Shown: positions 21,688 through 31,066 of the stretch, piece by piece | Numbering within the stretch: position 1 is the first letter of the stretch | Layout: each line of letters starts with the position of its first letter | Source: an uncultured delta proteobacterium | Lineage (GTDB): Bacteria; Desulfobacterota; Binatia; UBA9968 | Assembly (NCBI GenBank): GCA_963760795.1 | Contig: CAVXEP010000002.1 | Location: forward strand, 96,001 to 160,000 | DNA: 64,000 nucleotides | Reading direction: 5' to 3' | The notes under the pieces: generated by a model | What the model was told of the DNA's origin: nothing | The model's input: the letters and a program-made list of their open reading frames with translations, nothing else | Database searches by the model: none | Position numbers and translations under genes: made by a program

Positions 21688-21703
21688 CGAGTAAAGAAGG
21701 ATC

Positions 21704-22812
21704 ATGAAACTTACTTTTCCTGTCATAAGAGGAAGCATGGGTAGGCGACAGTATTATTCGCTCCTGGTTCCGCTTTCAGAGATTCCTCATTTATTCAAAT
21801 TTAACGATTGGGCAGGCTGTACTCCGGAATTGCAGGCGCAAAGGATTCTGAATAAGGCAAGGGTTCCGGATATCACGAGCTACATACTCGAAAATGATGA
21901 TGGGTTCCTGTTTTCATCTATCACCGCATCCTACTCTTGTCCGGTAAAGTTCACTTCTTCAGCAGAGAACGCTGACGTTGGCACTTTAGAGATGGAGCTC
22001 GAAAACCTGGAGTTTATTATCAACGATGGCCAGCATCGGTGCGCGGCGATTGCTGCGGCACTCAAAGAAAATCCTGCGCTTGGGAAGGAAAAAATCTCGG
22101 TGCTTCTCTTTGAGACGGAAAGTATGGAACGGCTTCAGCAGATGTTCTCAGATTTAAATCGATTCGTGCAGCAGACGTCAAAATCGCTAGGGATGCTCTA
22201 TGATCGTCGAGATAACCTTTCCGCGCTCACAATGGAGCTGGCCGAGCAGGTCGACGTATTCCGACACATGGTGGAGAAAGAGAAAGTAACGATTCCGCGG
22301 AGGTCCCCAAGCTTTTTACCATCTCGGCTTTATACGAAGCGAACGAAGAATTGCTGGGTAAAAAAATCGCTGAACAGGGATCACCGGTGTACGGAGAGAT
22401 TCTCAAGACGGCTGTCGAATACTGGACAGAGCTTTCGCAGATCATTGGTGACTGGCAAAAAGTCAAAAATGGCGAACTTAGCGCTTCCGAACTCCGCCAA
22501 GAGAAGATCAATACCCATGCGGTTGTTTTGCGTGCGCTGGGAGGCGTTGGCAAAACGTTACTCGAAAAATATCCTGGGGACTGGCGGGGAAAACTCAAAC
22601 TTCTCGAAAGGCTTGATTGGCGGAAAACCGTAGATAGTAGCGCGAATCCTCTGTGGGATGCGGTATGTATCACCGCGGGCTCAGTCGTCTCCAACAGACA
22701 GGCACGAGCAGCTACTTTGGCGGTCTTGTTACGAGAAATCGGCGAATCGCCAAACGGAAAAATGACACACAAAGAATCTGCGGAGGTGACTAGTGCGCAG
22801 GCGACTGAATAA
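21704..22812 (+). CDS. dndB: DndB-family (DGQHR domain) DNA-binding protein; one frameshift near 22305-22310
   Basis: FPVIRGSMGRRQYY, AQRILNKARVPDITSYI, LFSSITAS, INDGQHRCAAI, QQMFSDLNR; continues as KLFTISALYEA...LDWRK...W in the next frame; about 369 aa if one base is restored in CCCCAA. Confidence 0.85.
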
Positions 22813-24711
22813 TCGAAACCACCGTAAAAATCCTACCGTTGCCGATCGGCAGGGAGCTGCCGGGGGCGCTCTCAGCGTGGTTAGTGCCGATGCTGCGGAG
22901 GATCGATCTACAACTCGCCTGTGGCAGTTACTTCCAACTGCATGGAACATAATCCGGCCCTACTGGTCCTCGGAGGACCGCTGGGCGGCGTGGGGGCTGC
23001 TCGTTGTCGTGGTCGCGCTCACCCTCGGGATGGTTCATATCAATGTGCTCTTTAGTTATTGGAATAACGACTTCTTTAGCGCTCTTCAGAATAAAGACCA
23101 ATCATCCTTTCTCCACCAGTTGCTTCGCGTTTCGTGGCTAGTAGGTCTGTATATCTTCGTCGCCGTCTACCAGCTTTACCTTAACCAGATGCTCGACATC
23201 CGCTGGCGGCGCTGGCTTACCGAGCGATACCTCCGCGCTTGGATGGCCGATGGCGCTTATTATCGAATGCAGCTCGAGGCGCGTGAGACCGACAATCCCG
23301 ACCAGCGCATCGCCGAAGACGTTCACCTGCTTGTTTCCCATACCCTCACCCTCCTACTGGGAGGGTTGCGGGCGGTGGTGACGATGATTGCCTTTGTGGG
23401 GATTCTCTGGGCGCTCTCCGGAACGCTCACGGTCCCGCTTGGCTGGTTCTCTCTCACTTTGCCCGGCTACTTGGTATGGGCGGCCATCTTGTACGCTGTC
23501 GGCGGCACGTGGCTCACCGACCGGATCGGCCGCCCGCTCGTGCGGCTGAACTTCGACAAGCAACGTTGTGAAGCCGACTTCCGGTTCGGCCTGGTGCGCT
23601 TTCGCGAGAACACCGAGGGGGTAGCGCTCTACCGCGGCGAGGCGGACGAGTTACGTTCTTTCCGCGAACGGTTCGAAGCGGTAGTGGCCAATTGGTGGAA
23701 CATCATGCGCCGACAGAAGCGATTGACCTACTTCACCGCTGGCTACGGCCAAGGGGCGTGGATTTTCCCGTCCGTCATGGCGGCGCCGCGCTACTTCCGA
23801 GGCGAGATTGCACTCGGAGGGCTCATGCAGACGATCGGGGCTTTCGGCCAGCTACAGGCTTCGCTTAGCTTTTTTATCGACTCGTATAAGACGATTGCTG
23901 AATGGTGCTCGGTAGTCGAGAGGCTCTCCGGGTTCGAGCGCGCGCTAGAACGCGTGCGCATCCAGGCGGCGACTGAAGGAGGCGTCCGGCGTGTCGATGG
24001 CGGCACTGCTCACATAACAGTGGAGGGGGTGGATCTCCATCGCCCCGATGGTCAGCCGCTCATCGCGAATGTGAATCTCTCGCTCCAGCGCGGCGACACA
24101 GTTCTTCTGGGGGGCTCTTCCGGGTCGGGCAAGAGTACGCTCGTTCGTGCCATCGCGGGAATCTGGCCTTTTGGCCAAGGTGAGATCCGCCGATCGCGCG
24201 ACGCTCGGGTTCTCTTTCTTCCGCAGAAGCCTTACCTGCCGATCGGTACGCTCCGGGAAGTGGTGAGTTACCCGATGCCAACGGGTGGGTTTGATGACGC
24301 GACACTGCGCGAGGCGCTGGACTGGCAGTCGGGCTCCCTGGGTTCGCCGAACGGCTCAGCGAGGCTGGCCATTGGGCGCTCCAACTTTCCCCCGGCGAAC
24401 AGCAGCGCATCGCCTTTGCCCGCGCGCTGGTGCAGAAGCCCGAGTGGCTCTTCCTTGATGAGGCGACCTCGGCAGTGGACGAGGCTACGGAGGCGCGTCT
24501 GTATCGACTGCTGCGCGAGCGGCTTGCCGACACGACTGTGTTCAGCATCGGTCATCGAGCGACCCTGCGCGCCTTCCACGCTCGCCAACTTTTGGTGCGG
24601 GCCAATGGGACGGGACCTTCCTCTATCGTAGAGGTGACCGCGGTACCGGAATCGGCTCGAGGCAATGTGGCCATTCCACTGCATGCGAAAGTCGCTGCAC
24701 TGGCTGGGTAA
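22793..24711 (+). CDS. Fused ABC transporter permease/ATPase (YddA/ABCD-like); frameshift near 24320
   Basis: DNPDQRIAED, EADFRFGLVRFREN, Walker A GSSGSGKS, LFLPQKPYLP; Walker B WLFLDEATSA in ORF 24430-24711; start uncertain. Confidence 0.85.
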
Positions 24712-24834
24712 TCGTACGTTCCACTGGCCTAGCGGCGCAAAATGTGCTTTCCAAATCGCTCCGGCCAGGCGACACCACACCGCCGCGTCGAGCAAGAAAA
24801 ATTGCATCAAACAACCAGCGCGAACCGAGACAAA

Positions 24835-26478
24835 TTAGAGCGGACGCTCGATCCCTGCCTTGGCGTAAGTTTCTTCTAATTGCACTAATCCCTCAGGATC
24901 GTCGGTAAGATCGAAGACAAAGATAGAGTAGCCGATCTTCGCTATGGGTTGTCGTAGCCTTAGCCAGCCGAAGAGCGGAATGTGTGGGATCGAAGCGTCT
25001 TGCAGATTACGGACGCTGATTGCGAGAATTTTGCGCGGGGCTGTGGCCGGAACTCTGTCCGCCGGCGGCGGCCATTCTAAAGGCCAGCTTCCCGGCACAT
25101 ATTGGTAACGGATATTGTAGTACGAGGGCGGAGCGGTGCCGAAGTAAGATAAGTAAATAATCGGCAGTTTTTCTTTTTCCATGTATGCCTTGACGCCTTC
25201 CAGGTCCTGGCCCCAGTCAATATTCGAATCGCTTAAGTAACGATAACCTTCTTCGGGTCCCCCAACGAGTTCGTTAAAATAAGCAAGTTGATGTGGGGCA
25301 ACCCGGAGCGAAGAGACAGCGGTAAACGCGAGTGGCGCGCCGATAACCAAGTATTTTAACCACCGGCGGCGCGGTTCAAGAGTTGCCAAACGCGCGGCGA
25401 GAACGAATAACAAAGGGTAGACGGACAATATATGGCGCAGGCCGATATTCACCTTCGACTGGCTTATGGCCAGGAAAAAAACCCCGACGGGTAAGAGCAA
25501 CAACAGTCCTTCGCGGGGTCCGAGAGGTTTGCCGAAGCGATACAAAAGAAGGGTGGCCGAGATCAGAAACAGAGTCCCAATTGGTGTTTTAACAAGAAAT
25601 ACAAACACGAAATAGTTCCACCAGCCGTGATAGGAAATTTGACCTAAGAAGAAAGCCCGCTGCCCTTCTTGCGCCAGCGTGATAAATCGTCGTAACCCGA
25701 AAAGCCAGGGTTCAAATCCTTGAAAGAAGTAGAAGATAGGTATTGTCGCTACGGCAAAGAGAAATATGACGACGAGCAACACGATGGCTTCAAAAACTTT
25801 GCGCCGATTTGGATTTGGAGGCTTTCTTAACGGAAGGAGGGCACATTCCGCACGGTCGATGAAAAGGTAAACTGTAACGATGAGCCCGATTATTGGGAAG
25901 AGAAGAACCGTCGAAAATTTTGAGACCAGGGCCATGCCTGCGGCAATACCCGTGGCGGACAATAGCCACCATCTAGGGAATCGGAGATATTCCCAAAGAA
26001 GATAGACGGTGAGAAAGATGAACAGAGTGGCCCCGGTATCAGTCGTGACGAGCGAGGAGTGTGCGACCAAGTTCGGCTCAAAGCATGCAAGAGCGCTAGC
26101 CAACAGCGCTGCATAGTTTCCCCACAAGCGATAAGCCCACCAACCGACAAGCGCGACCAACAACGTCCCGAGAAATAAGTTGACGACGCGGCTTAAAAGT
26201 AGCATTTGATCGGCGCGAAGAGCCGATTGGTAGAGGAAGTCTTGGCCGACATAAAAATCATCTCCATCGCGCCAGCGTTTTGGATCAGGATCGAATGGGA
26301 GGCGATGAAGCAAAAATAGGGGCAGCGCCAACAGTTCTTTGACGAGTGGCGGATTTTGCGGCTCGAGCCGGAAATCTCTCGTGGCAAGATAGGAATAACC
26401 TGCGGCGAGATGCTGCGCTTCATCATACGTCGGCGCGTTGGCGCGGATAAAAAAAGACGCCCTGCGCGACAAACACAA
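24835..26478 (-). CDS. GT-C membrane glycosyltransferase (ArnT/PMT-like, GT39/GT83)
   Basis: PTYDEAQHL, NPPLVK, HSSLVTTD, ALVSKFS, LSDSNIDWGQD; many TM segments; N-terminus probably frameshifted. Confidence 0.8.
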   Translation of the reverse strand: MCLSRRASFFIRANAPTYDEAQHLAAGYSYLATRDFRLEPQNPPLVKELLALPLFLLHRLPFDPDPKRWRDGDDFYVGQDFLYQSALRADQMLLLSRVVNLFLGTLLVALVGWWAYRLWGNYAALLASALACFEPNLVAHSSLVTTDTGATLFIFLTVYLLWEYLRFPRWWLLSATGIAAGMALVSKFSTVLLFPIIGLIVTVYLFIDRAECALLPLRKPPNPNRRKVFEAIVLLVVIFLFAVATIPIFYFFQGFEPWLFGLRRFITLAQEGQRAFFLGQISYHGWWNYFVFVFLVKTPIGTLFLISATLLLYRFGKPLGPREGLLLLLPVGVFFLAISQSKVNIGLRHILSVYPLLFVLAARLATLEPRRRWLKYLVIGAPLAFTAVSSLRVAPHQLAYFNELVGGPEEGYRYLSDSNIDWGQDLEGVKAYMEKEKLPIIYLSYFGTAPPSYYNIRYQYVPGSWPLEWPPPADRVPATAPRKILAISVRNLQDASIPHIPLFGWLRLRQPIAKIGYSIFVFDLTDDPEGLVQLEETYAKAGIERPL

Positions 26479-26529
26479 GGACCAAGAAAAGTCCAGCAGA
26501 GAGAGTCGTGCCGGCTCGAATGGTTGCGC

Positions 26530-27700
26530 TTACCAGCCGCATGCGGTGAGCATGGCCGGCAGTGATTTTTCGGCGTTGAGATATTCTTCGGCCAGTTCAC
26601 GGGCGGCGCGCGCGTGCCGCGGATAATTGCCATCGATCTCGGCCACCCCTGCCTGGGCCTCGTCCAAATCGTCAAAAGATAATCAAACCACTGCCCGTGG
26701 GCAGATGGTCTTTGAAGCCTGTGTTTTCAGCAAGGACCGGCCTTCCGCTTGCGAGATACGCAGCGCTTCGGTCGCTGAACCAACCGGTCTTAAGCTCCCG
26801 GTAAATTGGCTTGGAGCAGGCAAACTCCGCGCGCGATTGCTGGATATATTGCTTGATAGATCGAGGGTGACCTCGCGACTAGATGCGGATTTACCAGTTT
26901 CCAACCCATGCTTAGCAGTAGTTCGCGATCGCCGGTCGTATCTTTAGGATGAATGTTGGCTGCAAGCTCAAAGGTTCGGCCTGTTCTTCGAGGCATCTCA
27001 AGATAGCGAAGAAAAGCGTCGCGCTTGGACGTGCTGAGCACTCGCTTGCCATGCCAAATTTCATCCCAGGTCCATTGGGTGATGGAAGCTGAAAGCCGCC
27101 GATTCTCCTGGATCGGGTGCCGTTTTCCAAAGTGGAAGATAGATAAACGGCATAAAGCGATGCCATGTACCGGCCCAAGTGTAGGAACTTGGCAATCCGG
27201 TTCGCCCATTTTGCTGCCAACCGTTAAGAGGATCTCATGATCGGACAGTCCGAGATCGGTGTCTAATGCGGGAATCTGGAGCATCCCCGGATCAAGATCG
27301 ATCAGAGCACGCCGTCTGAACAGAGACAAAAAGGGCTGTCTTAGCGTGCCGCAGAAATTCCATAAGAGATCCGCCCGACGAATTTTTTCTTGAATTTGAC
27401 ACTTGCTCGCGCCGTAGGTCTCGGCTCATATCCAAGGTAGCGTCGGCATAATCAGTGTGAACCAAGAGCAAAGCGCAGCGCGCGCCAAAGCCGTAGTGTA
27501 GAAAACGAGTGAGAAATATTCTGATCAGTTTTTGATCGCGCGAGTTATCGCCGGTGGTTTTGAGTAACTCCAGCCAGAACACGTCGTGTCCCAGGGCATT
27601 GAGGCCGAGACAAATATTGCAGAAAGACCGACCAGTGTCCGCCGCCTTGGGGATATTTGGCAAGCGAACCGTTCGCCAATACGATGCGAAGTTTAGACAT
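26530..27700 (-). pseudogene. Glycosyltransferase-like protein (paralog family of 28927-30114), heavily frameshifted
   Basis: Fragments MSKLRIVLANGSLAKY..., GLNALGHDVFWLE, IDLDPG, SKRDAFLRYL, ...LNAEKSLPAMLTACGW* in several frames; decay versus sequencing error cannot be resolved. Confidence 0.7.
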
Positions 27701-27846
27701 CGATTTGAAGTCTCAATGGACAACGTAATTTCAGTTGCGGGCCAGACGGAACATAATCTCACGTGTTGCACACAGTCATGGCTGTCGCGGCGACAAAACA
27801 GCTCTCCCCGATCCCTTGCAGTCACGTTAAAAGAGAGCGATATGGC

Positions 27847-28701
27847 TCAGGATTTCTGAAAGAGCTGGTGTCCCCACAGCCACTTATCCGCCCATATTTC
27901 GACCAACCCTAGCTCGTCCATCCGCTCAAATGTTGGGCGAAAGTCCGTAACAATATGTTGAGGACGATCGGGGTCATTTTCCGCGTGTATACGGGCAAAG
28001 AGAAGGCCGCCGGGTTTCAATGCTGTCGACAAATGATCCACTGTGTCAACGGGATTGCTCATGTGCTCGAACACGTCCATTGCCAGGATCATGTCAAACT
28101 CACCGTCGGGTAATGATTCGTGCTTCAAGTCTACGAAATGAGCCTGCACTCCACGCGTGGCAACCCGCCAGCGGGCAAAAGAAAGAAGAGTGGTGGAAAT
28201 GTCAGCGAGAGTCATTTCAATCCCGGCGCGAATGAAAAGCAGGGCGCCAGCGCCGACTCCGGAGCCGAAATCCAGGCAGTGCTGCACACCGTGCGATCTT
28301 GCTATATCGAGACCGAGAACATAGGCGAGCGGTCCTGTGTCGTCTCGGAGAGAATGCCATTCCATTAGCTCATATACAGTCGCCGGGCTCTCGTAAAAAT
28401 TCTCTATGCTGGCGCGATAATTAGCATTAACGTTGGCCTGCCATTCTCTTTGGAGCGTCATGACTGCATTGCTGAAGTAACGTTCGACGGCGGCCAGGTC
28501 CGAAATCTCATAGTAGGAGGCTGCCTCACGCACGAGACTGCTTCGTAAATCGGTCACGCCATCACTGAGAACGGCGTTGCACCACTCTGAGCGGTAAATT
28601 TCCAATAATCGCGCTTGCTCGCGAGCGAAATTTTCCTGGCTTAGGTGCCCTGATTTAACCTTTTCCCATAATTCTTGTATATGGTCGGGAAGGAGTACCA
28701 T
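27847..28701 (-). CDS. Class I SAM-dependent methyltransferase
   Basis: CLDFGSGVG, LADIS, FDMILAMDVFEH, LKPGG. Confidence 0.85.
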   Translation of the reverse strand: MVLLPDHIQELWEKVKSGHLSQENFAREQARLLEIYRSEWCNAVLSDGVTDLRSSLVREAASYYEISDLAAVERYFSNAVMTLQREWQANVNANYRASIENFYESPATVYELMEWHSLRDDTGPLAYVLGLDIARSHGVQHCLDFGSGVGAGALLFIRAGIEMTLADISTTLLSFARWRVATRGVQAHFVDLKHESLPDGEFDMILAMDVFEHMSNPVDTVDHLSTALKPGGLLFARIHAENDPDRPQHIVTDFRPTFERMDELGLVEIWADKWLWGHQLFQKS

Positions 28702-28926
28702 GGAACCTCCGTCAAATTCGCCAGCGCATCTCGATGAACAAGTGCCAATTTACCGATCAGTGTTCGGTCGCTTTCGACGCTCATATTTTTGTACGCTCAG
28801 TACCATCGGTCTTTCTTTTCGCCCCTCGCCCTGGAAAGTTGAACGGCATCTAAGGAAGCAAACGCTAGTCACCCGTTACGGTTCAATAATGTATCGAGAA
28901 GAAGATCGATAGCGCACGACGCCATG

Positions 28927-30114
28927 TTACGCGGTACCGTCATGACTAAGCCCAGCGTCCCTGAGTAAACGGCCTAATACCATTTCGGAATTGAATTGTT
29001 TTTCGGCAATCGCGCGCGCAGCTTCGCAGTGCCGACGATAGTCTGCTTCAATGCTTTCGATAGCTGAAACCGCTTCATCGAGCGTAGTGAATGCGATAAG
29101 TCCTTCGCCCATAGGATAATACGGGCGAAAACCAGTATCTTGAACCACCACCGGTTTTCCCAAGGCAAGATAGACGGCACTGCGTGTGCTGAACCAGCCG
29201 CTCATTGGAGCCACATAGGCATTTTTGGCGATACTCCACTCCCCGCGCGAGCCACCGACATAGCTTCGATAAGCGTCCATCGTCGAAGACTTCTCGTAAC
29301 CGTCGACAACTTCCCAACCATTTTGCCGCAGCTGATCGAAAGGAGCGGCTCCTGATAAAGCAATCTCCATGACTGCAGAAACTCGCGAGGGAAGGTTCAT
29401 AAACTTCATGAACTCGACATCCTTACCGCCGTAGCTTTTGCCCGCAATTGATGGGAGTGTGACATCGTTTTTCCATGACATCACCGTGGTGAAAGCCTTG
29501 GCCTTCGGGCTAAAGATGAAGGGCCAATCTTCTAGAACAATCGGCTGGCGTGTCGTGTGCCAGGTTAGCCCGCAAGATGGAATGCAGCACGAAGGGTCGG
29601 CAATGTTCTCAGCAAAGGTAAAAAAAAGATCATGCTTCAGTATTAAATCTACTGAATAGGTTTGATCTGTGGTAGCTATCCCTCGCCTCATTGCCTCAAG
29701 CTTATACTGCGTGTAAAGCGGATCGGTGTCCATATATAGCTTCCTGGCACAGCCTTGGTAACGCTCTCTTAACCAGCAACAGCCGGAAACGTTGATGAAG
29801 AGATCAGCTTCGTTACAAACTCTTTCTATTTCATGCTCGGCAAGTCCGAAATATTCTCCTCGCGGGCTGCGGAAGGACCAACGAGTCGTCGCTATGGGTT
29901 CTAGAAAGGCGAGTACCTTTTCCAAGTAACGCAAGTTAAATGAGCAGTCTTCAGTGAAACTCTTCAGGTCGGGGTTGTACACCCACTGTCCTGTATCCTC
30001 CAGGTAGATTACGTCGTGTCCGAGCAGCTGCAGGCCCTGAATGTATTGAACATAATCCCAACTCACTCCGCCCAGCGGGTAGGAAGCAATCAGTCCCGTC
30101 ACGACAATTCGCAT
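28927..30114 (-). CDS. Uncharacterised GT-B-like glycosyltransferase-family protein
   Basis: PLGGVSWDYVQY..GL..LGHDVIYLED, MDTDP, GWFSTRSAVYLALGKPVVVQDTGF, GEGLIAF. Confidence 0.75.
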   Translation of the reverse strand: MRIVVTGLIASYPLGGVSWDYVQYIQGLQLLGHDVIYLEDTGQWVYNPDLKSFTEDCSFNLRYLEKVLAFLEPIATTRWSFRSPRGEYFGLAEHEIERVCNEADLFINVSGCCWLRERYQGCARKLYMDTDPLYTQYKLEAMRRGIATTDQTYSVDLILKHDLFFTFAENIADPSCCIPSCGLTWHTTRQPIVLEDWPFIFSPKAKAFTTVMSWKNDVTLPSIAGKSYGGKDVEFMKFMNLPSRVSAVMEIALSGAAPFDQLRQNGWEVVDGYEKSSTMDAYRSYVGGSRGEWSIAKNAYVAPMSGWFSTRSAVYLALGKPVVVQDTGFRPYYPMGEGLIAFTTLDEAVSAIESIEADYRRHCEAARAIAEKQFNSEMVLGRLLRDAGLSHDGTA

Positions 30115-30123
30115 ATCTCATCC

Positions 30124-30186
30124 ATTTTACTAGCCGAAACTTTCGCTCTTCTTCGCGAAGCCCGAACTGAGTCCGATAAAGTGAGG
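30124..30186 (-). repeat. 63-bp diverged direct repeat of the ABC transporter 3' end (copy of 31069-31131)
   Basis: 5 mismatches in 63 bp by manual alignment; encodes SLYRTQFGLREEERKFRLVK versus SLYQTQFGLHEEERKFRLVK. Confidence 0.9.
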
Positions 30187-30274
30187 ACGACCAGTCGCGG
30201 CCGTCCATCCACTTTGGCTTTGCTTCTTGGCTGGTTTATAGCTTCGGTTTCCATTGACCCAGCTGCATTCATGG

Positions 30275-31018
30275 TCACGCACTTTTGCGTGATTGGTCCG
30301 TCTCTTCGGTTAAGGTGGCTTCGTAGGCATGCAGAATGTTCGTCTTATTAATTCGTTGACGCGCTCGCGGCCTTTTTCGCGCCAGAGCTCTCAAACTGCA
30401 GACCCGGCCGACGCTATGCGGCGGGTAATTGTCGTCGAGTCTAACGATTTTGAACTCCTGTTCCAGCAGTGGGCGAAGACTATCCACTGAGAATACGGTT
30501 GGCTCGTCCGGAGTGGGAAATCCGCCGATATCGACGCTGACGAACAAGGCGCCGTCATCAATGAGAATCCTCGACATTTCTTTCAATGCGACTTGCGGAT
30601 CCGGCATATGATCGAGAGCGTTGCGGCAGATAACCAGATCCGCGCAGTCGTCCAACAAAGGGAGACTCTCGGCCGCGAGAGACAGATAGACGGTTCGACT
30701 GCCCGCTTCATCCGCGACTAACATTTCGAGTTGTTGGTAAATGTAGAGAAGCGGGTCGATGGCGATCTTGACACCAGCAGGAAAGGCGGCAAGGTCCCCT
30801 GTGCAGCCACAGCCGATGCTCACGACGGTCTTGCGCTCCAACCAGCTTGCGTCCGTATCTAAATAACCGGCGACCTCGTCGCGTAAGAGACGGGAGTATG
30901 CAAGGCGTTCGGCATTGTACGAGCCGCCAAATTGACCGCGGCGATATTTTTCGTGGTAAAGAAACCAGCCAATCTCGTCTAAATAACGCGGATCGGTCAA
31001 ATCTGGGATTTGTGGCAT
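30275..31018 (-). CDS. Class I SAM-dependent methyltransferase
   Basis: VVSIGCGCTG, IAIDPL, AESLPL..ADLVICRNALDH. Confidence 0.8.
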   Translation of the reverse strand: MPQIPDLTDPRYLDEIGWFLYHEKYRRGQFGGSYNAERLAYSRLLRDEVAGYLDTDASWLERKTVVSIGCGCTGDLAAFPAGVKIAIDPLLYIYQQLEMLVADEAGSRTVYLSLAAESLPLLDDCADLVICRNALDHMPDPQVALKEMSRILIDDGALFVSVDIGGFPTPDEPTVFSVDSLRPLLEQEFKIVRLDDNYPPHSVGRVCSLRALARKRPRARQRINKTNILHAYEATLTEETDQSRKSA

Positions 31019-31066
31019 ATGATGATCCTTGCTTTGCTTGTTCAGAGCGTCAGGGTTGTCACCATG

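Noticed and set aside
22301-22316. Programmed frameshift in the DndB-like gene
   Set aside because: Lies in short homopolymers, and similar indels occur throughout the window; sequencing error is simpler
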